Shown: piece by piece, positions 39,890 to 48,221 of the stretch | Numbering within the stretch: the first letter of the stretch is position 1 | Layout of the letters: each line of letters starts with the position of its first letter | Virus record (IMG/VR): IMGVR_UViG_3300032334_002567 | Span: 124,001-188,000 of that record | Direction: 5' to 3' (one strand) | DNA length: 64,000 nucleotides | The notes under the pieces: generated by a model | Databases searched by the model: none | What the model was told of the DNA's origin: nothing | Seen by the model: the letters and a program-made list of their open reading frames with translations, nothing else | Position numbers and translations under genes: made by a program

Positions 39890-40108
39890 ATGATATCAAA
39901 AAGTATAGTTAAAAGTTTAAAGGAAAGATATTATACACTTCATCCTTTAATTTTCCATAGATCTGTCGAGAGAGCAAAAAATGATGTTGAACTATTTGAC
40001 ATACTTGATTGCGTCCCGAGACTTTTTCCTATAGTTTGGTGTGATACCGAAAGAAAATGGGTAACATCACAGGACATCTACCAAACAGAACAAGAATTTT
40101 CTAAATGA
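39890..40108 (+). CDS. hypothetical protein
   Basis: 72-aa ORF in a co-directional run. Confidence 0.5.
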   Translation: MISKSIVKSLKERYYTLHPLIFHRSVERAKNDVELFDILDCVPRLFPIVWCDTERKWVTSQDIYQTEQEFSK

Positions 40109-40674
40109 ATATTATAGATGAGTATCTACTTAGACATGGATTGTCTTTTCCTATTGTTCGTCATTCTGATGGAGTAGTTATTTTGAGAGAGTTGGGAACT
40201 CAAAAGCTTTTTGTCCTTTCAACAAAATGGATTACAAATAACCACCATCCGGGTCATCATTTAATTGAATTGAGACATACTTCTTGCTCTGCTTCTAAGC
40301 AAAGTTTATCAAATCTTTTTGAGTGTCGATTTTCTTATGAAAAAAATTGGTCTGAATATGAGGATTTCTTTTTTAGCTGGACAAGAAATATGAACTTCAC
40401 TCCAGTCTTAGAAAGAAAAAACGTTATTATTTCTGCGTGGGAAATTTTTGTTTGTTGTTATGAGTTTTGGTTTTTAAATGGTTCTGATTTTTTCAAAAAA
40501 AAACTATTTGACACCCTAGACCCAGAACAAAGTTTAGAAGATAGGTTTTTTTCTTGCGAATATTTTTTTAATCAAAAAGAGTTCAAAGCTTCTGAGCTTT
40601 CAAAAATTTGGGAAGACAAATTTCTGAGTGAAACAAATAATTATTTAGATTGGTTTAAGTCCTTGAATAAGTAG
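40105..40674 (+). CDS. hypothetical protein
   Basis: 189-aa ORF. Confidence 0.5.
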   Translation: MNIIDEYLLRHGLSFPIVRHSDGVVILRELGTQKLFVLSTKWITNNHHPGHHLIELRHTSCSASKQSLSNLFECRFSYEKNWSEYEDFFFSWTRNMNFTPVLERKNVIISAWEIFVCCYEFWFLNGSDFFKKKLFDTLDPEQSLEDRFFSCEYFFNQKEFKASELSKIWEDKFLSETNNYLDWFKSLNK

Positions 40675-40678
40675 AATT

Positions 40679-41323
40679 ATGAAATCTAGTTCCATAAAAG
40701 AGCTAAAACAATATTATGGTGTGCCACCCATCGGCAGCTTTGCTTTAGAGGCAGAGTTTCCGTCACTCGTAAAATGGGATCATTGTCGGGAGCAGTTTGC
40801 TGTAAAGTTCACAGAAAAATTAAAAGGATTCTTTTTCTCTCATGCGGCAAATAAGGGCGAATCTGTCTGTGAATTTTTTCACACCTTTGAAGATATTGTT
40901 TTTGATGTTTATGAAAAGAAAAGAAAAAAAACACAATTTATCAAAACAAATAATCCAAGTGTTTTATGGGTTCAACCTTCAAAGTTTTGGAAAAAATGTA
41001 GAATTAAACGTTCTTTGTTGACAATACTTCTAAGGTCTGGTGCCAACTATTGCATAGATAAAAAGAACTTTGATGATTGTTTATTTTTTAGTGACTACAA
41101 AGAAAATCAGTATATTAGGAATACAAAAAATGCTATAATGCGTTTTATGTTTGGTTTTACTGAGTTTGTTGGTAAAATGCCTGTTACGAGTGTTTCTATA
41201 GAAAAACATGGTTGGTTCGAAGAATTTAAAAATTGTGACCAAAAAAAAGTTTGTGAGTTGTTGCGTTTTCCTGAAAAAGAGCCAAAGCAGAAAATTTTTG
41301 GGGTAAATTGTTTGTGGAACTAA
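40679..41323 (+). CDS. hypothetical protein (paralog of 15182-15742)
   Basis: Shares motifs with the 15182-15742 protein. Confidence 0.65.
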   Translation: MKSSSIKELKQYYGVPPIGSFALEAEFPSLVKWDHCREQFAVKFTEKLKGFFFSHAANKGESVCEFFHTFEDIVFDVYEKKRKKTQFIKTNNPSVLWVQPSKFWKKCRIKRSLLTILLRSGANYCIDKKNFDDCLFFSDYKENQYIRNTKNAIMRFMFGFTEFVGKMPVTSVSIEKHGWFEEFKNCDQKKVCELLRFPEKEPKQKIFGVNCLWN

Positions 41324-41613
41324 AATCTTTTGACGAATCATCTTTTTTGACAGATCAAGAAGGCGGTATCTTGGTTTTGCTGCAATTTTGGTCATCTTGG
41401 TGTGGCCCATGTTTTGATGTAAAACATTTAGAAGAGTTTCAAGAAGAGAACCCTTCAATAAAGGTGTACAGGGTCAACACAGAAGAGAACCAAACCTTTT
41501 GTAAAAGTTATTCTATAGTTGTTCTTCCAACTTATCTTTTCTTGAAGAACTCTAAAGAATTAGCTAGATTTGTTGGACTTCAAACAAAGGATTCTCTAAA
41601 GGGTGCATTGTAA
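41308..41613 (+). CDS. trxA: thioredoxin
   Basis: WCGPC active site; LPT cis-Pro motif. Confidence 0.85.
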   Translation: MFVELKSFDESSFLTDQEGGILVLLQFWSSWCGPCFDVKHLEEFQEENPSIKVYRVNTEENQTFCKSYSIVVLPTYLFLKNSKELARFVGLQTKDSLKGAL

Positions 41614-42656
41614 TGAAACGTGTTTTGCTCACAGGTGCTAGTGGTTTTATAGGTGCACATTGTGTTAAATACTTTTTAGAAAAAACAGATTGGTTTATTG
41701 TCGCATTAGATTCATTTCGACATAAAGGCACCTACTCAAGGCTTAACGAATTAGATATAGATCCAAATCGCTTTTTGCTAATTAAGCATGACTTGTCTGT
41801 GCCCATTGACGAAGTTTTAGAGAACAGAATTCTAAGCAGAACAATAGACCAAAGAGGTTATCTAAGACAACAAAGAATCGATTATATAATTAATATGGCT
41901 TCTGATTCTGCCGTTGAACGTTCTATAACAAATCCAAAAGATTGCTGGACAAATAATTGCGAAATAGCAATTAACATGCTTGAATTAGCAAGAAAAATAA
42001 AACCAAGTATATTTTTTCAAGTATCTACGGATGAAGTTTATGGCGATTGCCCCGATAGCTATTCTCATCCTGAGTGGGACGTTATAGTTCCATCGAATCC
42101 TTACGCTGCTTCAAAAGCCGCTCAAGAAGCACTTGCTATATCTTATTGGAGAACTTATGACGTTCCTGTTGTGTTGACAAATTGCATGAACACTATTGGT
42201 GTATGGCAAGATAAAGAAAAGTTTCTTCCTAAGATTATTTGGAAAATTGCAACGAACCAAGAGTTGGAAATTTACGCTGATAATGTGGGAAACGGCCAAT
42301 ACAAAATTGGTAGTCGATTTTACCTCCATGCTGAAAATCATGCGGACATCTTTATTTGGCTGGCAAATAGAGCTATTTCAAAATATGAAAATGGTGACAC
42401 CCTCCCAGATAGATACAACGTGGTGGGAGATATTGAGCTCAATAATTTGGAATTAGCTTTTTTGGTTTCAAAAATCATGGATAAGCCCTTGAAATACCGT
42501 TTAACCCCCTCAGAGTCCGTTAGAAGAGGCTATGATAGAAGATATGCCCTAGATGGGTCAAAGTTAAAAAAGGCTGGTTGGGAGCCTCCCATAGAGTTCC
42601 AAGAAGGTCTTGAGAAGATAGTTTCTTGGACATTGCAAAATTCTTGGTGGGTTTGA
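41613..42656 (+). CDS. rmlB: dTDP-glucose 4,6-dehydratase-like
   Basis: TGASGFIG, S.V.RSI, STDEVYG, NPYAASKAA, EKFLP, DRRYA. Confidence 0.85.
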   Translation: MKRVLLTGASGFIGAHCVKYFLEKTDWFIVALDSFRHKGTYSRLNELDIDPNRFLLIKHDLSVPIDEVLENRILSRTIDQRGYLRQQRIDYIINMASDSAVERSITNPKDCWTNNCEIAINMLELARKIKPSIFFQVSTDEVYGDCPDSYSHPEWDVIVPSNPYAASKAAQEALAISYWRTYDVPVVLTNCMNTIGVWQDKEKFLPKIIWKIATNQELEIYADNVGNGQYKIGSRFYLHAENHADIFIWLANRAISKYENGDTLPDRYNVVGDIELNNLELAFLVSKIMDKPLKYRLTPSESVRRGYDRRYALDGSKLKKAGWEPPIEFQEGLEKIVSWTLQNSWWV

Positions 42657-42684
42657 TTTACAATCCAGCTTTTTAGGCTATACT
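42657..42684 (+). promoter_or_regulatory. sigma70-like promoter
   Basis: TTTACA-N16-TATACT. Confidence 0.6.
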
Positions 42685-42697
42685 CAGAAAGGCACCC

Positions 42698-43438
42698 ATG
42701 TGGCACTTTACATCAGATTGGCACCTAAACCACCATAACATTCTAAAATACTGCGATAGACCCTTTCTGAACAAAGAAGAGCAAGAGTTATTGGATCTTT
42801 CTAAAAGTGGCTCTTTGCCAATAAAAAGTATAGAAATAAGCCAAGAATCTGTTCAAAGAATGAATCAATGTATTATTGATTCCACTAACTCTGTGGTTTC
42901 TGAGGACGATAGCCTAGTTATTTTGGGCGACTTTTGCTGGACATCTACCCCTAGAGATCAAGTAGCACATTTTATTGACTCATTGAGATGCAAAAATATT
43001 TACTTAATTTGGGGAAATCACGACAATAGACAAATCCTACAGCCTTTTTTTAAGGCAACATACGACCAGTATGTTTTTTATGTAGAAAAACAACATATTT
43101 TTGTTAGCCACTATCCTTGTAGGTCTTGGTATTTGTCTAACTATGGAAGCTGGATGCTATATGGTCATGTTCACAATAATTTTTGGCACCAAGACAACCA
43201 CCGACCAACAGATTTGCAAAAAGAGTCTTTAAAAGTTAGTTTGAAGGAACACTTCAACTTAGATCCAGACCAGTTTGATTTTGAAAATTTTGCTAATTCT
43301 ACAATTTCTTTATTCAACAAAAATTTACGGACTCTAGATGTGGGCGTAGATAATGTTCGTGAAAATGTACCTTTTGGTACACCTTGGAGTTTAAACGATA
43401 TTCGTTTTTATATGGAAAATAAGGAACTTAATAAATGA
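42698..43438 (+). CDS. calcineurin-like metallophosphoesterase
   Basis: SDWH..H, LGD, GNHD, HYP, GHVH, DVGVD. Confidence 0.88.
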   Translation: MWHFTSDWHLNHHNILKYCDRPFLNKEEQELLDLSKSGSLPIKSIEISQESVQRMNQCIIDSTNSVVSEDDSLVILGDFCWTSTPRDQVAHFIDSLRCKNIYLIWGNHDNRQILQPFFKATYDQYVFYVEKQHIFVSHYPCRSWYLSNYGSWMLYGHVHNNFWHQDNHRPTDLQKESLKVSLKEHFNLDPDQFDFENFANSTISLFNKNLRTLDVGVDNVRENVPFGTPWSLNDIRFYMENKELNK

Positions 43439-44580
43439 AAACCTACCCAGTTCTGTATACAAAAGATACAATTGGTAATGTCCGTGTTTGGTACATGGAA
43501 CAGGAAAACAACAAGCATAGAACAGTTTCTGGACTTTTAGACGGTGAACGAGTAACATCTGAGTGGACGATTACTGAGGCCAAGAACTTTGGCAAGAAAA
43601 ACGCTACGACTGCTGTTGAGCAGGCTAGTGCGGAAATCGACTCCAGATACAAGAAGCAGAGAAAAACGGGTTATTTTGATGACATTGGAGACGTTGGATC
43701 TACTTCTTACGTGGAGCCAATGCTTGCCAAGCTATATAAAGACTATGCTCACAAAATCGACCTTTCAGGTGGAGAGTGGCTTCTTCAATGTAAATTCAAT
43801 GGGATGCGTTGTGTGGCTACCAAAGATGGTCTTTTTACACGCAAGGGTGAAAAGTACCTAAGTGTCCCACATGTTGAGGATTCTCTAAAGCCATTTTTTA
43901 AGAAGCATCCCAATGCTGTTCTTGACGGCGAATTGTTCAATAACGAACTGCGACAGCAACTTAACGAGATAAGCAAGTTAATCCGAAAAACAGTTCATAT
44001 TTCTAAAGAAGATTTAGAGCGTAGTGAAGAGCTGGTTAGATATTATATCTATGACGGTTATGGTTTTGGCCTCAAAACCAATCCCATGAGCCAGAATGAA
44101 CCATACAAGTCTAGAAAAGAATGGATTGATAATCAAGTTATTGGCGAGTATGATTATGCGGTTCATGTCACAGACATCAATATTCTTAGTCAAATCAATC
44201 TAGACGAGGCTTACCAATCTTTGATAGATGATGGACAAGAGGGTGGAATACTTCGTCACAAGAACATGAAATATGAAAACAAAAGAAGCAAGCATTTGCT
44301 AAAGGTTAAGCCTGAGGATGATGACGAAGGTGAGATCGTTGAAATAACGGAAGGTGCCGGTAATTGGCGAGGAACTGGCAAAATTATTACGTTGAATTGG
44401 AATGGTAAAATCTTTGATGCTACTTTTAAGGGTACTTTTGAACAAGCCACTGAATTCTTGAATAAAAAGAAAAAATGGATTGGAAAGAAAGTAACTTTCC
44501 TCTACAATGGACTCACAGGGTTAGGCACACCAAATTATGCCCGTGTAGACATAAACAACTGTCTTAAAGGTGATAGATAG
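43435..44580 (+). CDS. lig: ATP-dependent DNA ligase
   Basis: PMLA, KFNGMRC, LDGEL, YD, EGGILR, YENKRSKHLLKVK, C-terminal OB fold. Confidence 0.9.
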   Translation: MKTYPVLYTKDTIGNVRVWYMEQENNKHRTVSGLLDGERVTSEWTITEAKNFGKKNATTAVEQASAEIDSRYKKQRKTGYFDDIGDVGSTSYVEPMLAKLYKDYAHKIDLSGGEWLLQCKFNGMRCVATKDGLFTRKGEKYLSVPHVEDSLKPFFKKHPNAVLDGELFNNELRQQLNEISKLIRKTVHISKEDLERSEELVRYYIYDGYGFGLKTNPMSQNEPYKSRKEWIDNQVIGEYDYAVHVTDINILSQINLDEAYQSLIDDGQEGGILRHKNMKYENKRSKHLLKVKPEDDDEGEIVEITEGAGNWRGTGKIITLNWNGKIFDATFKGTFEQATEFLNKKKKWIGKKVTFLYNGLTGLGTPNYARVDINNCLKGDR

Positions 44581-44691
44581 TGATTTTTGAAATTCGAAAG
44601 GAGAGTTGAGTGTACTAAAACCTTACGGTTATTGGTTAGATGGTTGGTTGTAGTTTTTATTTTTAAACCTTGGAAAATTTGGAGTAATAAG

Positions 44692-45096
44692 ATGTATTTT
44701 GAGAGAAAGCCTATTGTTGATAAGAAGCCCGCAACCCCCTTTGACATCGATCTCAGATGCAATATCAACATTGAAACTCATGTTGCAATGAGGCTTGGAG
44801 AGTTGATCTTGGTTTCTGGAACTGAGGATAAACAACTTTTGGCTTTAGGACATAGGTTGTCTAAGTCAATGTCTCATCTTGTGGACCAGCTTGATGACCG
44901 ACAGTGGCACAAGGTGAAAGAATATATCATGGAACAAACTTTTGAGGATGATAACGAAGAGCCTCAAAGTGATTCTAGGCCCAATGACTTTTATTCTACG
45001 AGGGCCAGAAGAGTAGTTGAAGAAGCTAACGTTCCTATCAACTCCATGAAAAATTTTGTGAGGGCTAAGGTCACTCATGACAAAATGAGTAAATGA
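44692..45096 (+). CDS. hypothetical protein
   Basis: GGAG RBS before MYFERK. Confidence 0.55.
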   Translation: MYFERKPIVDKKPATPFDIDLRCNINIETHVAMRLGELILVSGTEDKQLLALGHRLSKSMSHLVDQLDDRQWHKVKEYIMEQTFEDDNEEPQSDSRPNDFYSTRARRVVEEANVPINSMKNFVRAKVTHDKMSK

Positions 45097-45124
45097 GTTT
45101 CTTTTTTTATTTAAAATCAAAACG

Positions 45125-45154
45125 AAAAACCCCTGCCAAAAGCGGGGGTTTTTT
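45125..45154 (+). terminator. rho-independent terminator
   Basis: AAAAACCCC-TGCCAAAAGCG-GGGGTTTTT. Confidence 0.7.
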
Positions 45155-45156
45155 GT

Positions 45157-45185
45157 TTGACAGCATAAGCTTGTTTTGTTAAGAT
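45157..45185 (+). promoter_or_regulatory. sigma70-like promoter
   Basis: TTGACA-N17-TAAGAT. Confidence 0.65.
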
Positions 45186-45209
45186 ATACTTTTATCTTGG
45201 AGGATATTT

Positions 45210-45482
45210 ATGTCTTTTCGTTTAAGTGAAAAAGTTACTTTAAACGAAGGGGATAAGGTACGGATTTCATCTGGACCTTATTATATTTCATCTTCTGGTG
45301 CAAAGATAACTATGGGGGAAAAGGGCGTAGGTACTTTCGTATCCGTCACAGAAGATAGAACGGCGATATATGTAAAATTTAAAAACGAAACGCCCAAATA
45401 TGTCTACATAGGCCCAGAAAAAGTAGCTTCTAATACTGGAACTATTATGAGGCCACACAAAGTCACAAAAGTAAGGAGATAA
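45210..45482 (+). CDS. small beta-barrel (KOW/SH3-like) hypothetical protein
   Basis: LNEGDKVRISSGP; GGAGG RBS. Confidence 0.5.
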   Translation: MSFRLSEKVTLNEGDKVRISSGPYYISSSGAKITMGEKGVGTFVSVTEDRTAIYVKFKNETPKYVYIGPEKVASNTGTIMRPHKVTKVRR

Positions 45483-45483
45483 A

Positions 45484-45747
45484 GTGATAAACAACGATTT
45501 GACAAAAAAGGCGATTAAAGAAAACATCCCTATAGCTGAATTAGAGTATCTTGGTCTTCCTTTAAGGGTAATTAATGCCTTGGAAGATTCTAAGCACAAC
45601 TTAATTTATATAAAGGACTTAGTTTCTTTAAATGAGAAACAGATTTCTTCAATAGAGAACTTGGGTTCTTCTGGGGTGAAACAAATTGTTGCTGCTTTAG
45701 AAAAGTTAGGTGATTTGGATAAAGAAATAGCAAGATGGCACAGATAA
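45484..45747 (+). CDS. stand-alone RNA polymerase alpha-CTD-like protein
   Basis: IPIAEL..GLPLRVINALE...IYIKDLV...IENLGSSGVKQI..AL. Confidence 0.8.
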   Translation: MINNDLTKKAIKENIPIAELEYLGLPLRVINALEDSKHNLIYIKDLVSLNEKQISSIENLGSSGVKQIVAALEKLGDLDKEIARWHR

Positions 45748-45873
45748 ATTTTAGTAATTTTTATTTTGATGCTATTGATTTTTGAAAATATCGTGCTATC
45801 ATAATAACGGCAGTCATAAGTTTGGTTGCTGTTTCGGTCGGTCGGTTTGTTACCTTTTGAAAGGAGTTTAGAA

Positions 45874-46395
45874 ATGAGATTTTTAAACGTTGTTTTTTTC
45901 TTTGTTGCAGTTTGTCCCATTTTTGTTTTTGGGGCAGATCAACAGTCACCTACTCTTGCTGATAACACGGTCAGTATCTTATCTTCTAAGGAAGCACAGG
46001 CCACGGCCCCAGCATCCTCGACTTATGACTCTGCCGTGATTACTTCGACTGCTGCGATTGTTTCACCCACTTGCAGTGGTCCCAACTGTGGTTGCAATAG
46101 CTGCGGCAACGAGCCCAAGGTTACCTATAGGCACAAGAGAAACATTGCACCTAACGCTGTGCCGGATACGGCAACGCTATGTGTGTGCAAGAGAGACCCT
46201 TGCACTTGCAGCAAGGTCGCTACGGAGCTTAATGTTCCCATCTGTGTTCCTCCTTGCGCTTGCAAGGACACCACCACCGTTAGCCGAGATGGCAACAGAG
46301 TTGTCAAGGACTACGGTCGGTATGAGGTTGTTGTCACCAATAGAAAGAGTGGCAACATCGATGTTAAGTACAGAAAGCGTCTCTTGAATCGCTAA
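45874..46395 (+). CDS. secreted Cys-rich protein
   Basis: Signal peptide after AAGGAG; many Cys; visibly higher GC than flanks. Confidence 0.65.
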   Translation: MRFLNVVFFFVAVCPIFVFGADQQSPTLADNTVSILSSKEAQATAPASSTYDSAVITSTAAIVSPTCSGPNCGCNSCGNEPKVTYRHKRNIAPNAVPDTATLCVCKRDPCTCSKVATELNVPICVPPCACKDTTTVSRDGNRVVKDYGRYEVVVTNRKSGNIDVKYRKRLLNR

Positions 46396-46410
46396 TACTT
46401 TTAGACCAAA

Positions 46411-46456
46411 AAGAATCGGCCACCAAATAAAATAAATAAGTTTGGTGGCCGATTCT
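46411..46456. terminator. long hairpin / bidirectional terminator
   Basis: AAGAATCGGCCACCAAA ... TTTGGTGGCCGATTCTT. Confidence 0.75.
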
Positions 46457-46475
46457 TGGTCTTTGGTGTATAAAA

Positions 46476-46721
46476 ATGAACGTTTGGCTTAAATTTGGTC
46501 GCGCAAGAAAGATCGCAAAAGAGTTACAGTATAAATATTTTAATCTAGACTATTACTGTCAAGATGAAGAGCTTCTTGAGTTTAAAATACTAGAGGATTT
46601 ATGGTCTCATCCACTTTATACCAATGATATGCTTCTTAATATAGTCTGGGACGAGTATGATAGGCTTTTGTGGCTACAAGTCGGGTTAAATGGCATAGAC
46701 GCAGGATTAGTACCCAGATAG
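46476..46721 (+). CDS. hypothetical protein
   Basis: 81-aa ORF. Confidence 0.5.
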   Translation: MNVWLKFGRARKIAKELQYKYFNLDYYCQDEELLEFKILEDLWSHPLYTNDMLLNIVWDEYDRLLWLQVGLNGIDAGLVPR

Positions 46722-46756
46722 CAAAATTTGAAATTAGCAAAATCTTTTTAGGTCTC

Positions 46757-46784
46757 TTTACAAGTCAAAACCTAGTGCTATACT
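46757..46784 (+). promoter_or_regulatory. sigma70-like promoter nearly identical to the tmRNA promoter
   Basis: TTTACAAGT-N9-GTGCTATACT in both. Confidence 0.7.
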
Positions 46785-46794
46785 AATTTTTGTA

Positions 46795-46924
46795 GGAAGT
46801 ATTAAGAAGGTGCCGAAAGGCACTGGCAACCGAGCAAAAGCCACGGTGCCACCAGCTATCTTTGCTGGGATACGCACAGGAGTGTTTCCTGTGAAAAAGC
46901 GGATTATCCGCCTTCTTGATCTCC
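46795..46924 (+). ncRNA. putative structured ncRNA or 5' leader (unassigned)
   Basis: ATTAAGAAGG/CCTTCTTGAT closing stem enclosing five GC-rich hairpins. Confidence 0.65.
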
Positions 46925-46946
46925 CTTTAACAGAGAGAGAGTAACC

Positions 46947-47153
46947 ATGTTTTTTAGTGCTGCTGTTTTACAAGGACTCAACGATCTTAGGAATAAGAAC
47001 CCTAAGATTGTAGAGGTAACCAAAGAAGAGCTAATTGCTTCTATGAAAAGGCAAGGCTCTGCTGATTGGGAAATAAATATGACTTTGTCTTTCTTGAAAG
47101 GAGGTGCTGCATTAGGCGGTTCCAATGGAGAAAGAATTGTCTTAAAAGAGTAA
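46947..47153 (+). CDS. hypothetical protein
   Basis: 68-aa ORF directly after the structured RNA. Confidence 0.5.
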   Translation: MFFSAAVLQGLNDLRNKNPKIVEVTKEELIASMKRQGSADWEINMTLSFLKGGAALGGSNGERIVLKE

Positions 47154-47165
47154 GATAAAAAGATG

Positions 47166-47202
47166 ATAAACCGGGAGAGGACAACCAACTCTCCCGGTTT
47201 AT
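47166..47202. terminator. perfect 14-bp hairpin
   Basis: ATAAACCGGGAGAG-N9-CTCTCCCGGTTTAT. Confidence 0.7.
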
Positions 47203-47291
47203 AAAACCATATGACGCTAACAAGATATCAACAGAAGTACCGAGTGAACCAAAAGCAAAGATTTAACATCACCACCGAGTGAACCATAAAA

Positions 47292-47600
47292 ATGTTTGAA
47301 CTAGAAAATTTAAAAAAACAGTTGTGCGAAAATTGTTGGTTTGATGCCTGGCTAGTTTTATGTTTTCGTCAAAACGCTAGAACACAAGAAGAACAAATTG
47401 AGATAGCAAAAGAAATGTTGTCCCCGAGTACAAAGTATTGGCTACCCAGAACTATTGCAGGGTTTATGATTTGGAGTATGAAAGCTTATGAAGCAAAAGC
47501 TACTGACTGGTTAAGGTGTCATTTAAGTGAAACAGATTTATCGGCAGAAGAATATCAAAAGCTTAACGAAAATTACAAAAAAAACACTGTTACTTTGTAA
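47292..47600 (+). CDS. hypothetical protein
   Basis: 102-aa ORF. Confidence 0.5.
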   Translation: MFELENLKKQLCENCWFDAWLVLCFRQNARTQEEQIEIAKEMLSPSTKYWLPRTIAGFMIWSMKAYEAKATDWLRCHLSETDLSAEEYQKLNENYKKNTVTL

Positions 47601-47615
47601 AAAAATCAACTACAC

Positions 47616-47643
47616 TTTACAAACTGTTTTGTTGTGGTACAAT
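47616..47643 (+). promoter_or_regulatory. sigma70-like promoter
   Basis: TTTACA-N16-TACAAT with TGn extension. Confidence 0.65.
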
Positions 47644-47661
47644 TATTTTGGAGGCACAAAC

Positions 47662-47913
47662 ATGCAAGCGTCGAGATACTTTTTTGTTTTTGAATACGGA
47701 TTCGGTAGTTTTGGAGCAGCAGCAGATACCGTACAAGAAGCTAGAGAAGTTTTTCGCAAACGTATGAATGGAGAACTGGAATTATCATGTGGATTTCCAA
47801 AAGAAGAAAACTGGAAAAAACTAGCTAGACAGCAAAGACATCTTGAGAGATTCAAAAATTCTGGTTTAGATATTGACTTAATTGAACCTGCGGTTTATTC
47901 TGAACAAAAATAA
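47662..47913 (+). CDS. hypothetical protein
   Basis: GGAGG RBS before MQASRY. Confidence 0.55.
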   Translation: MQASRYFFVFEYGFGSFGAAADTVQEAREVFRKRMNGELELSCGFPKEENWKKLARQQRHLERFKNSGLDIDLIEPAVYSEQK

Positions 47914-47972
47914 CAGGAGATAATTATGTCTTGGCCTTGAGCAAAAGACTTTAGCGGGTTAATTATAATATC

Positions 47973-48187
47973 TTGGGCTGGCATTACTCTGAGAACTTTA
48001 GAATAAGTTGTAGTGTTTCCAAAACCCCGTTTGAGTCAAGCGGACCCTTTTGCGAATGTACCTGCCATTTGTGTATGAGGGTGAATCTTCTTTTATATTC
48101 TGGCTACCGAAAGGGTTCAGAAATAATGGATGGTTTCTTGGCTTCGGTAAGTAGATACCGTGATTGGGGACTTAACAAATAGCCTAA
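47973..48187 (+). ncRNA. putative structured ncRNA (unassigned)
   Basis: TATAAT at 47964; TTGGGCTG/TAGCCTAA closing stem; inner stem and a four-hairpin junction. Confidence 0.6.
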
Positions 48188-48221
48188 ATAAAAAATAGGG
48201 CGAATAGAGTTAAGCGAGACC

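Noticed and set aside
46795-46924. Lysine or cobalamin riboswitch
   Set aside because: Only a superficial AGGTGC match; the conserved cores are absent.
47973-48187. RNase P RNA, hammerhead ribozyme, or the 69-aa TTG ORF
   Set aside because: It lacks the GAGGAAAGUCC/P4 consensus and the CUGANGA core; the ORF has no RBS and coincides exactly with the paired region.
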